From: an uncultured Gammaproteobacteria bacterium
Lineage (GTDB): Bacteria; Patescibacteriota; Microgenomatia; Levybacterales; UBA12049
Length of the DNA: 64,000 nt
Reading direction: 5' to 3'
Assembly (NCBI GenBank): GCA_964515545.1
Contig: CAZERI010000003.1
Coordinates: 88,246-152,245, forward strand
This document shows, one piece after another, positions 28,801 through 36,624 of this stretch. A program made the position numbers and the translations under genes. The notes under the pieces were generated by a model. The model was not told the origin of the DNA, searched no databases, and saw nothing but the letters and a program-made list of their open reading frames with translations. Position 1 is the first letter of the stretch. Each line of letters begins with the position of its first letter.

Positions 28801-29879
28801 ATCAAGCTCAGAAAGGTGATAGCACTGCACAAATGATAATTAATGCGTTGGGATTATCACAGACAATGGATACAGTTGGTGAAAAGCATGATTTCCTAAT
28901 GACTCTTAAAACAATTCTTGATCCATCCCTTGCATCAGAGGATGATCAATCATATTACAGACAAGTACGTGATGAGTTGGTTAAAGCACGTCAAGAATCA
29001 GATGTTATCGCAACTCAAGTAATGAAGCTTGTAGATAAGATATCCCAGACGGAGACTGAGTCTATTATAAAACTTCTGCAGAATCTCCATGACCCTGAAC
29101 ATCTCATAGCTAATGAGAAAGATAAAGAGACATTCATTTCTTTGAGAAATAATCTCAAGTCTCAGAAAGCAACTAGTCAGGTGGCATCAAGTATTCTTAC
29201 TGCTACTCAGAATACAATTACGTCTGTCAGTGCCAACAAAATTCGTGTGCAGCTGCTCGAAAAGGCTTCACAGAAAGATCCATTGGCAACAAGTATTATG
29301 AAAGAATATATCACGCTTCCTAAGGAAACGATTCAAGAGATAAACAATCTCTATCAGACGATTCAGAAATCATCGGATCCGTTCTCTAAGCTACTACTTA
29401 AACTTCTTACTCAGCAGACAAAAAGAGCAAGAGGAGTTAGAGTAGAGCGATTCCCACGAGAAAATCGTATCCAAAAAGTGAGTCTTGATGATTATGAGCA
29501 GGTGAAACAGATGCTCTATGAAATGTATTTGCATGGGACAGTTCCGCCGGGAAGGAATGGTCAAGAACAGGCACGTGTGGATTGGATTACAGAGGAAAAG
29601 CAGCAAGTAGAGGAAGTTATTAACCTCCTTTCATCAGATGATATGAATAATGTCCAGCTAGGAATGACTAAGGTAAATGATATCCTTCCCTTTCTTCTCT
29701 TGGGCGGATTTTCCCAAAATGAAGTTCTTCAGTATCTGAGAGCCAAACAAGAAGCTGCGGGTATGGCTCTACAGACGCTAGAAGGTACAGAGGAAAAGGT
29801 TTTTGTTGAAAAGAAGGAGAATTCAATAAATCAGCAAAAAATGGCTGTTGAGAGTAATGAATCAGTAGAAAAGGAGTAA
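25851..29879 (+). CDS. giant polytopic membrane protein: signal peptide + ~6-TM VirB6/TrbL-like domain + ~950-aa repetitive helical C-terminal region
   Basis: Cleavable signal (…NVHA|QVTPTPTP), 6 hydrophobic helices between aa ~100-360, and a Pro-rich linker. Beyond that, a twofold super-repeat combines an RDIA motif, 4-5 GNPLATxLLKT-type helical repeats and a ~100-aa VSLDDYE...ILPFLLxGGFSQ module. Confidence 0.5.
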   Translation: MKKNVLSLFSILTLLLIFFSPNVHAQVTPTPTPASIPVTLGTQPLPAEGAWIIDPEVTTVGKNASRSGMLLDWTLRDYKWSSDTSYTNNPLTPFWLIIQRIVYSLFLFVLLVTAFILIVTRGKSLSAKRFLPRFLLVVLLVTFSFSLVQFLYQIVDIFQGFFLKNPKGEIISSHDLLFIGFDYRTFQGLRVFGESYNESAFISLLLVKLTSFTYYVMAILLIFRKIILWFLIIISPVFPLLLLFYPLRNTAKIWIGEFFRWLLYAPLFAILLSGLVRLWSTGLPLFFSSVGVGKESSSIYPTAVNILLGGPGQHIGINNSVNLPDTFALYLVALLMLWAVIILPFILLQIFLDYMMAFNNRDNPFMKQILTMLNNRPIIPSAPSTPPPPVGAGLARNLPFAKRFSIPKTTGIAREVPRGAAQTITRPTFTQRNTQTEISRLTNLSIPTMRDIARLETTKLSHDVRTQQEIERTRQNLINIANPASVTSVTERERVKMIHDRLVTEGQKGSQVAASILNAANTYNTYSSSISSSSQSSVAQVTQQMIENLSHPMTIISKRDQQKIIEIRQELIKASDAGNQFAKNILTSVNNYTTNQVQNLQKTLNQLASPEKITDNKDREVFTTLREKITSASKSGNPLATLLSKTLESSTSTEQVKKIQQELIEAKAQGNPLATELLKTVSVTDKTSEKDMEKLYETLKEESKSGNPLATLLLKTISSQEKSQAASFSATAKLKSGVLPQVNRIQQVSLDDYEAVKKMWTDNYKNLEVPNSQQTRKQWIDQDISSIQEAISLLSSPNPQDVEKGMQQVSDILPFLLIGGFSQTEIIAYLKAKMEAGKSVVENVSEKEEEEETLLNAERAAKEATGHLAASIEIKNDEVKGSAPSVPIPAEKVIIQSQANAPIQIQTSTYSPVQEVQLDSPSSVVSQLRLPLPTLRDIASFETKKEGRTVQDLKKLFVQLSHPEDIASPSEQRNLLKIKQTLQDQAQKGDSTAQMIINALGLSQTMDTVGEKHDFLMTLKTILDPSLASEDDQSYYRQVRDELVKARQESDVIATQVMKLVDKISQTETESIIKLLQNLHDPEHLIANEKDKETFISLRNNLKSQKATSQVASSILTATQNTITSVSANKIRVQLLEKASQKDPLATSIMKEYITLPKETIQEINNLYQTIQKSSDPFSKLLLKLLTQQTKRARGVRVERFPRENRIQKVSLDDYEQVKQMLYEMYLHGTVPPGRNGQEQARVDWITEEKQQVEEVINLLSSDDMNNVQLGMTKVNDILPFLLLGGFSQNEVLQYLRAKQEAAGMALQTLEGTEEKVFVEKKENSINQQKMAVESNESVEKE
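28066..28365 (+). repeat. internal protein-module repeat copy A (RIQQVSLDDYEAVKKM ... ILPFLLIGGFSQTEIIAYLKAKMEAG)
   Basis: ~100-aa module duplicated within the 1342-aa ORF; the nucleotide copies are diverged (ancient duplication). Confidence 0.55.
29448..29765 (+). repeat. internal protein-module repeat copy B (RIQKVSLDDYEQVKQM ... ILPFLLLGGFSQNEVLQYLRAKQEAA)
   Basis: Second copy of the module; same order of conserved residues (VSLDDYE, W, LLSS, GM..V.DILPFLL.GGFSQ.E...YL.AK). Confidence 0.55.
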
Positions 29880-29922
29880 GAGGAGACTTGCTCTTTCAAA
29901 GAAAATACTATTAAATAGAACT

Positions 29923-32673
29923 ATGCTTGGTAACCTGTTCAACCAACATAAAGATGTTATTTCCGATAAACCTGTAGTGGAACCGCCACATCCACAAGAT
30001 ATGGCCTCTTCACAAGGAGATGGTGTTTCGGCGACATCCCGCCTTGATCCTTCACTTCGTCAAAATCTTTCGGCGCTCTCCCATCTAGACGCCCGAATGA
30101 CTCAAGTTCTACATCATGCTCAAGATGAAGCAAAAAAAGTGCGTCATGAAAAAATTGAACCTGAGCAGCTGCTGTTAGGACTTTTATATGATGAGCAAAT
30201 ATTCAAGCTTCTTGAAGGCTTTTCTGTTGATGCGCCCAAATTAGCTAAAGAAATACAAAGTAAAGAAGCTATAGGTACCTTTGTAGGTTTGGCTACCCTA
30301 AGCGATGCAAGTACAAGTCTTTTTGAGGTCGCCTATCGTGATGTTCAGGCTCGTAACGTAACATTTATTGCTCCTGAGGATTTATTAGTCGCATTGTGTA
30401 ATAGCTCAAACGATGTGGCAAAAGTTCTAGATGAAAAGGGTGTTACCAGTAAACAGCTTGGAGAAAGACTCTCTAAATCTCCCACTTATACAACCGGTAA
30501 GAAATCGGTACTTGAAACGTATGCTATCGATCTAACCGAGGAAGCCAAAGCCGGAAAGCTGGACCCCATCGCTGGACGTGAGCGGGAAGAAGATCGTCTG
30601 ATCCATGTTCTGCTTCGCCGTACGAAGAATAATCCAATTATTATTGGAGAGGCAGGAGTTGGGAAGACAGCTATTGTGGAAGGGTTAGCTGAAGCAATTG
30701 TATCAGGAAAGACTCCATCTGGACTGAAAGATAAAAGAATTTACCAATTAGATCTGGCGTCTATGGTAGCGGGTGCTTCTCATAGAGGGGAATTTGAAGA
30801 ACGTCTTAAGGGTGTAATCAATGAAACGATTGCCTCTGAGGGGAAAGCTATCCTCTTTATTGACGAGATTCATACTCTTATTGGTGCTGGTGATACAGAT
30901 GGAGCACTCGATGCATCAAATATTATTAAACCCCATTTGGCTCGAGGGCATATGCAGATTATAGGTACTACGACCACAGCTGAGTATAGAAAGTATTTCG
31001 AAAAAGATAAGGCCTTTGAAAGAAGATTTCAGCCAATACTTTGCGATGAGCCTTCAGAAGAAGCAGCCGTTGAGATGCTAAAAGTTCTTCGTCCAAAATA
31101 TGAAAAATTTCATGGTGTAACTATCCCTGATGATACATTGGTTGCTTCGGTAAAGCTCTCTAAGAAATATATAGGAGAGAGGTATTTGCCAGATAAAGCA
31201 GTGGATCTTATTGATGAAGCTGCAGCAGATGTAAAGTTAGGAAGAATTGGACCTGCAAAGGCTGAGTCGGCTAAAGATAAAAAAGATGATGAGAAGCTAG
31301 CCAATAATGGAATGTCCGAAGCAACATCTCCAACACCTCAGGCAGCTGGCAATCAAGTAGTGAAATCAGACATAGAAAAGGTAGTCAGTAACTGGACTGG
31401 TATACCAATCACCAAGCTTACAGAAGATGAAAGTCAAAAGCTGCTTAAGCTTGAGGATAGGATCCACGATCGGCTTATAGATCAGGAAGAAGCAGTAGCA
31501 GCAGTAGCAGAGGCAGTAAGACGAGGGCGTATTGGCCTTGCTCCTGCGAATAGGCCGATTGCATCATTTATTTTCTTGGGTCCTACAGGAGTCGGAAAGA
31601 CGGAATTAGCCAAGACTCTTGCCGAGATTCTCTTTGGGCGGGATGATGCTCTTGTGAGGTTGGATATGAGTGAATATATGGAAAAACATGAAGTAGCTAA
31701 GCTCATAGGAGCACCTCCCGGATATGTGGGTTATGAAGAGGGAGGACAACTAACAGAAGCAGTACGTGCTAAGCCATACTCAATAGTTCTTCTTGATGAA
31801 GTTGAGAAAGCCCATCCGGATGTCTTTAATATACTGCTCCAGCTTCTGGAAGATGGACGTTTGACGGATAATAAAGGGAATACAATTTCTTTTAAAAATA
31901 CTATCGTGATTGCGACCTCAAATATTGGGAGTGCTCTTATCCAGCAACAACTAAGTGATAAGGCTCAAACATCTGACAGTCCCTCAGCAACACCTCAGTC
32001 ACAAGAACAATTTGACAAACAGTTTGCTGAATTATCAGGACTTGTAACAAATGAACTCCGTAAATTCTTTAGACCAGAACTCCTGAATCGTTTTGATGAT
32101 GTAGTTATATTTAAGCCTCTCAGGCGTCAAGATATGACTAGAATTGCTAAATTGGGTATTGCTAAGACTGCCAAACTTTTAGAAGAGCAAGGATATCATA
32201 TGCAGGCAACAGATAAAGCGTTAGCAGAATTAGCTCAGGAAGGGTATGATCCTGTATATGGCGCAAGACCTTTGAGAAGATTAATCCAATCATCGATTGA
32301 GAATCAGGTGGCTATGCTTCTTATAGGGAAAGAGTTTGTGGTAGGAGATACTATTGTTATTGATTATGATCAAGAGAAAAGTACATTTAGCTTCTCTAAA
32401 GGAAGTGGAGCCCCCAAGCTTGATACTAAGTCAGATGCGCAGGAAGCAGAAGAGACTGCCTCATCCCCTGACTCGACTCCTCCTACGACTCCTTCCCCTG
32501 TTGGTAGTGGTGAAGCACAAGCTATGCCTAATGATCATGCAGAAGGAGAGTTACCTAGTACTCCGCAGTTCGCAACTCCTGATTATAATCCGCCCTTTCT
32601 CAATACCGCTGATCACGTGAGTGATACTATGTCTGCTCCTACATCTTCTGATGCAGTTGCTAGCGCTTCTTAG
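29923..32673 (+). CDS. Hsp100/Clp-family two-ring AAA+ ATPase, ClpC-like (double Clp_N repeat, short linker), with S/T/P-rich C-terminal tail
   Basis: Two Clp_N repeats, D1 Walker [11 protein letters not shown]2 Walker [10 protein letters not shown], sensor/Arg motifs (GARPLRR), short inter-domain linker; ~90-aa low-complexity tail. Confidence 0.8.
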   Translation: MLGNLFNQHKDVISDKPVVEPPHPQDMASSQGDGVSATSRLDPSLRQNLSALSHLDARMTQVLHHAQDEAKKVRHEKIEPEQLLLGLLYDEQIFKLLEGFSVDAPKLAKEIQSKEAIGTFVGLATLSDASTSLFEVAYRDVQARNVTFIAPEDLLVALCNSSNDVAKVLDEKGVTSKQLGERLSKSPTYTTGKKSVLETYAIDLTEEAKAGKLDPIAGREREEDRLIHVLLRRTKNNPIIIGEAGVGKTAIVEGLAEAIVSGKTPSGLKDKRIYQLDLASMVAGASHRGEFEERLKGVINETIASEGKAILFIDEIHTLIGAGDTDGALDASNIIKPHLARGHMQIIGTTTTAEYRKYFEKDKAFERRFQPILCDEPSEEAAVEMLKVLRPKYEKFHGVTIPDDTLVASVKLSKKYIGERYLPDKAVDLIDEAAADVKLGRIGPAKAESAKDKKDDEKLANNGMSEATSPTPQAAGNQVVKSDIEKVVSNWTGIPITKLTEDESQKLLKLEDRIHDRLIDQEEAVAAVAEAVRRGRIGLAPANRPIASFIFLGPTGVGKTELAKTLAEILFGRDDALVRLDMSEYMEKHEVAKLIGAPPGYVGYEEGGQLTEAVRAKPYSIVLLDEVEKAHPDVFNILLQLLEDGRLTDNKGNTISFKNTIVIATSNIGSALIQQQLSDKAQTSDSPSATPQSQEQFDKQFAELSGLVTNELRKFFRPELLNRFDDVVIFKPLRRQDMTRIAKLGIAKTAKLLEEQGYHMQATDKALAELAQEGYDPVYGARPLRRLIQSSIENQVAMLLIGKEFVVGDTIVIDYDQEKSTFSFSKGSGAPKLDTKSDAQEAEETASSPDSTPPTTPSPVGSGEAQAMPNDHAEGELPSTPQFATPDYNPPFLNTADHVSDTMSAPTSSDAVASAS

Positions 32674-32687
32674 AAAAGACTTCTAAT

Positions 32688-32716
32688 TTGAGTTTTACCT
32701 CGTAACTTCCTATACT
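32688..32716 (+). promoter_or_regulatory. candidate sigma70-like promoter (TTGAGT-N17-TATACT)
   Basis: TTGAGT 32688-32693, 17-nt spacer, TATACT 32711-32716, 22 nt before the small membrane protein gene. Confidence 0.3.
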
Positions 32717-32738
32717 AGAATAGATTAATTGTCACTAT

Positions 32739-33068
32739 ATGTCTGCCTATTTTTTCTTGCCTTTTTATTTTCTTTCGTTTTGGTTTGGTGAAGCTCCTGT
32801 TAGCATACTTCGCCATTTTCTTGAGATTAATAAGGCTTTCTTTCGCTTCTTCTCCATCTCTCTTCTCTTAAGAACTTTTTTTCAGCCTATTAAAAATGAA
32901 TATCGTAAAGGACTGGTTGGTTTTTCTATTGGGATGGGAATGGTAGTAAAGACGATGGTTATTCTCGCTTCTCTTATTCTCTTTATTCCAATTTTGCTCC
33001 TAGAGATATTACTTTTAGGAGGATTTTTAATCTTTCCTTTAGTAACGCTAGCGTTATTGATTTGGTGA
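32739..33068 (+). CDS. small integral membrane protein (3 TM), translationally coupled to the downstream ATPase
   Basis: 109 aa, hydrophobic; stop 4 nt before the start of the next gene. Confidence 0.4.
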   Translation: MSAYFFLPFYFLSFWFGEAPVSILRHFLEINKAFFRFFSISLLLRTFFQPIKNEYRKGLVGFSIGMGMVVKTMVILASLILFIPILLLEILLLGGFLIFPLVTLALLIW

Positions 33069-33072
33069 TACT

Positions 33073-35475
33073 ATGGACCATCATTTTATAGCATTTTACC
33101 GTCTCTATCATAATATCCTGATTCGATTCCTTAGGATTTCTATCCCAGTTGTATTAACACTGGCAGTTATTATGGGTAATTTCTCTCATTCTTCGCCGAC
33201 TTTCTTTCTTGCTTTGTTCAATATTTTTGTAATGATTGAGATATTTTATCGGTATAAGATCAGTTTGGTCCAGTCAAAAAAGATAGTGCCGGAGGTAGAA
33301 GAGAAAGATGCACTCCATGTGATGAGTCTCCAGGCTCTCTCATCGATGCATGCATCTTCTCTGGCATATGATGTAGTTAAAGACTTACTGAGGTATCCGC
33401 AAGTCCACTTTTTTCTGGAAAGGGCAGCAATCTCTCCTCAAGAATTAGTTAAGAATGATTTAGGGAATGCACTTCTTCCTCAAGAAGCATATTCTTTAGT
33501 AAGGTCAATTAATGGAAAAAGAATCATTACAGTTGATATTCTGGCCTCATATTTATTACTGAGTGAAGAAAAAACGCAACTACTTTTTAACAAGAAATTG
33601 AAACCTAAAGATATATTGGCAATATTACAATGGACTCGGCTTATTTATCCACAAGAAGAAGAACATCAACGTTTCCATATTGAAGGAAACGGCGGGGGCC
33701 TTGGAGAAAGTTTAGTAATTGGTTGGACTCCTGAGACTAAAAACTACACACGAAATTTTACTAATAGTCTAACGGAGCATGATGTTTCTATTGTGGGTAG
33801 AGAAAAAGAATATGAATTAATTAAGGAGGTTCTTTCAAAGCAGGAAAATAATAATCTGGTGTTAGTAGGGGAAGCGGGAGTGGGGAAAGAACAGCTAATC
33901 CAGAAACTGGCACTCGACAGCTATAGCGGGAGGATACATAGAGGGCTTGCTTCCAAGACAATTTTGGAGCTGTTAGTCGGAACATTACTTGCGGGCGCAA
34001 CAACTCAAGGTGATTTGCAGGCCCGTATTGAAGCAATTATTGCAGAGGTGTCTCATGCTCAGAATATCATTCTTTATATCCCTGATTTCCAAAATATGAT
34101 TGGGGGCGGAACTTTTTCACTAGACTTATCGGGGGCATTAGCCCCTTACCTTAAAAATGGTACGATCCCGATTATTGCCAGTATGACTGAAGGAGCGTAT
34201 AAAACCTATCTAGAGAGAAGCTCCCTTAATCAGTTGTTCTCTCCGATAAAAATAGCTGAGGTTAATGAGGATCTGGCTCAGCTTATGGTAATGGAAAAAA
34301 CACAAGAGATAGAGAAAAAGTCTTCTGTTATTGTTACATACTCTGCATTAGTCGAATCAGTCAGATATGCCGACCGCTATAGCCAAAGTATGGTGTTGCC
34401 AGGGAGTGCGATTGCTCTCCTATCGGACGCGGTAAGCGGAGTACTATTGACGGATGCTCCTATCTATCCTCAGTCAAAAAGGCGGTTATTAGAAAGAGAT
34501 GCTGTGGTTAAGCTTGTTGAACAAAAGACTAAAATTGCTCTATCTGAACCGACTCAAGAAGAAAAAAGCCTCCTTCTTCATTTAGAAGATGTTCTGCATA
34601 ATCATATTATTGGCCAAGATGCAGCTGTACATGTTCTAAGTGAGGCAATGAGAAGGTTACGAGTTGGGATAGAAGATAGAAAACGGCCTATCTCATTTCT
34701 CTTTTTAGGACCCACGGGAGTTGGTAAAACAGAAACAGCAAAGACACTGGCTAATACTTATTTTGGAGGAGAAGCCACTATGATCAGGTTTGATATGAGT
34801 GAATACGCTGATGAAGAAGGACAACGAAGATTACTTGGGTCTCTTCCAGGACAAGGCGAGGAGAGAGGAGAACTTACTGAGCAGATACGAGACCATCCAT
34901 ACTCACTGATCCTTCTTGATGAATTCGAAAAGGCACATACCTCGATTCGTGACCTATTTTTACAGATACTAGAGGATGGAAGATTAACAGATAACAAAGG
35001 GAAAACGATTTCATTTATTAATACCATTATTATTGCTACCTCTAATGCTGGATCTGAATTTATCCATGATGCAATCACGAAAGGAAGAATAGTTGATAAG
35101 CAATTTGAAAATGATTTATCAGAATATCTCCAGTCTCATAATATTTTTAAACCTGAACTTCTCAACAGATTTGATGCTGTAGTGACATTTAAACCTCTTA
35201 CTGAGACAGAGGTTCATACTATTGCTGGGCATCTACTCAGTGAACTCAAGAAAAAGCTTCTAGAGAAAGATATTACTCTTGAAATTGATGATGCTGTTTT
35301 AACTAAAGTGGGCAAGGAAGCATACAACAAAGAAATGGGAGCTCGTCCCATCAGGAGATATATCCAAGATACTATAGAAGATCTACTGTCACAAAAACTG
35401 CTTACATCATCGGTCACAAGAGGTAATCACGTGAGGCTCGCTGTAGATGCAAATAATTCTTTTGTTATTGTATAG
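33073..35475 (+). CDS. membrane-anchored Hsp100/Clp-like AAA+ ATPase with degenerate D1 Walker A
   Basis: Two N-terminal TM helices; Clp_N-like repeats; D1 GEAGVGKEQ (Walker-A Ser/Thr replaced by Glu); D2 GPTGVGKTE intact; sensor-2 GARPIRR. Confidence 0.7.
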   Translation: MDHHFIAFYRLYHNILIRFLRISIPVVLTLAVIMGNFSHSSPTFFLALFNIFVMIEIFYRYKISLVQSKKIVPEVEEKDALHVMSLQALSSMHASSLAYDVVKDLLRYPQVHFFLERAAISPQELVKNDLGNALLPQEAYSLVRSINGKRIITVDILASYLLLSEEKTQLLFNKKLKPKDILAILQWTRLIYPQEEEHQRFHIEGNGGGLGESLVIGWTPETKNYTRNFTNSLTEHDVSIVGREKEYELIKEVLSKQENNNLVLVGEAGVGKEQLIQKLALDSYSGRIHRGLASKTILELLVGTLLAGATTQGDLQARIEAIIAEVSHAQNIILYIPDFQNMIGGGTFSLDLSGALAPYLKNGTIPIIASMTEGAYKTYLERSSLNQLFSPIKIAEVNEDLAQLMVMEKTQEIEKKSSVIVTYSALVESVRYADRYSQSMVLPGSAIALLSDAVSGVLLTDAPIYPQSKRRLLERDAVVKLVEQKTKIALSEPTQEEKSLLLHLEDVLHNHIIGQDAAVHVLSEAMRRLRVGIEDRKRPISFLFLGPTGVGKTETAKTLANTYFGGEATMIRFDMSEYADEEGQRRLLGSLPGQGEERGELTEQIRDHPYSLILLDEFEKAHTSIRDLFLQILEDGRLTDNKGKTISFINTIIIATSNAGSEFIHDAITKGRIVDKQFENDLSEYLQSHNIFKPELLNRFDAVVTFKPLTETEVHTIAGHLLSELKKKLLEKDITLEIDDAVLTKVGKEAYNKEMGARPIRRYIQDTIEDLLSQKLLTSSVTRGNHVRLAVDANNSFVIV

Positions 35476-35493
35476 GTACCTTTTCTTGACAAC

Positions 35494-36564
35494 TTGCTGG
35501 TATCCCTCTACTCTAATAATGCTGCCATGAAGAAAAGACACTCAGTACGTACTAGGGCTCGTTCCAAAAGTAAGACCCATCGCCGTAAGCTTCATCATCG
35601 GGTACTTTCTTTCTTTAAAGGGGATGGCGGAATCTATGTGATTTTCGTTCTAGCAACTGTTATGGCAGGTGCATTTGCCTTAAGCGGAGGGCTCCTTCCT
35701 AGCCTTAATCAGAATCCTACTGCTTCATCTGAGGTGACTATCGATCCAGACTCTGCTAAACAGAGCTCAGAAAGTGCTTTACAGCTTGTTGATATAAAAA
35801 TAAAGCCGAGTGACACTCCTGTTCCGACTCCAACTCCGACCAAAGTAGTTACTCCTACTCCTCAGGCTTGTCTTAACAAAATAGCTCTCAATCTTGTCTT
35901 GGACGTATCTGCCTCAATGAATAATGATGATAAGATCCGTCAGCTCAATACTGCAATGAAGAACTTGGTCGATCAATTAAAAGATGATACCGTAGTCGGT
36001 GCAGTAACGTTTGCGGGGCTTACTTCTTTTCCTAATACGGGAGGGTCAATAACTCAACTCCCTTTTACCAAATATAAAGATAATAAAAAATTAGTTAGTG
36101 ATAAGCTTACCAAACTTACTGCTTATAATGGGGGAGAGACTGACGGAACATATATGCGTAATGCATTCCAGAGGTCACTTAATAATCTTAACGTTGATCA
36201 GGTAACCTACGCAAACCAGGGTTATAATTTCGTCACTATTGTATTTACAGACGGAGTACCTGAAACAAAAATATGGGATGATGATTGTGTCGTACAGGCT
36301 AATGGATCTAATCCAGTTTGTTTTGCGCGTAAACAAGATCCACGTATATCTCCTGATCTAACCTCAACTATGAAAGGAAAATCTAGTAAGGTATATTCAG
36401 TGGGGATTTACTCCGGACCGCGTGAGACGCAGACAGTAATCTACAATGAGGCAAAGAAACTCTTAAGTGCTATTGCTTCTAAATCAACATATGCAAAAAA
36501 TAGTAATAGTCCTTCAGCAATTGACAGCATGTTTAAAGACGTGCTGAATTCTGTCTGCCAATAA
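35494..36564 (+). CDS. membrane-anchored von Willebrand factor A (vWA) domain protein
   Basis: K/R-rich cytoplasmic N-terminus, one TM, TPVPTPTPT linker, complete MIDAS (DVSASM, ETDGT, FTDGVPE); the start could alternatively be MKKRHS at 35527. Confidence 0.6.
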   Translation: MLVSLYSNNAAMKKRHSVRTRARSKSKTHRRKLHHRVLSFFKGDGGIYVIFVLATVMAGAFALSGGLLPSLNQNPTASSEVTIDPDSAKQSSESALQLVDIKIKPSDTPVPTPTPTKVVTPTPQACLNKIALNLVLDVSASMNNDDKIRQLNTAMKNLVDQLKDDTVVGAVTFAGLTSFPNTGGSITQLPFTKYKDNKKLVSDKLTKLTAYNGGETDGTYMRNAFQRSLNNLNVDQVTYANQGYNFVTIVFTDGVPETKIWDDDCVVQANGSNPVCFARKQDPRISPDLTSTMKGKSSKVYSVGIYSGPRETQTVIYNEAKKLLSAIASKSTYAKNSNSPSAIDSMFKDVLNSVCQ

Positions 36565-36586
36565 TCCTCGATATGATTCATTTGGG

Positions 36587-36615
36587 TTGATACAGCCTGC
36601 CTGATCTGGTATACT
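36587..36615 (+). promoter_or_regulatory. sigma70-like promoter of nusA (TTGATA-N17-TATACT); predicted leaderless or near-leaderless transcript
   Basis: TTGATA 36587-36592, 17-nt spacer, TATACT 36610-36615; the nusA ATG lies 9 nt after the -10 and there is no SD. Confidence 0.45.
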
Positions 36616-36624
36616 TACAAAACT

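Noticed and set aside
35486-35520. TTGACA at 35486 as promoter for the vWA gene
   Set aside because: No acceptable -10 hexamer at 16-19 nt spacing (best is TACTCT). It lies within 20 nt of the upstream stop, so read-through from the ATPase gene is more likely.
25440-36564. Considered calling the pilin/VirB6-like block an integrative conjugative or mobile element
   Set aside because: No integrase, relaxase, VirB4/VirD4 ATPase, transposase or flanking direct repeats or tRNA within the window. Flanking genes are core housekeeping (dnaJ, nusA). GC content is not visibly different from the surroundings.
29923-36564. Interpreting the AAA+ / vWA neighbours as a MoxR-vWA chaperone pair
   Set aside because: The ATPases are two-ring Hsp100/Clp type with Clp_N repeats, not single-ring MoxR/RavA AAA+ proteins, so the MoxR-vWA paradigm does not apply directly.
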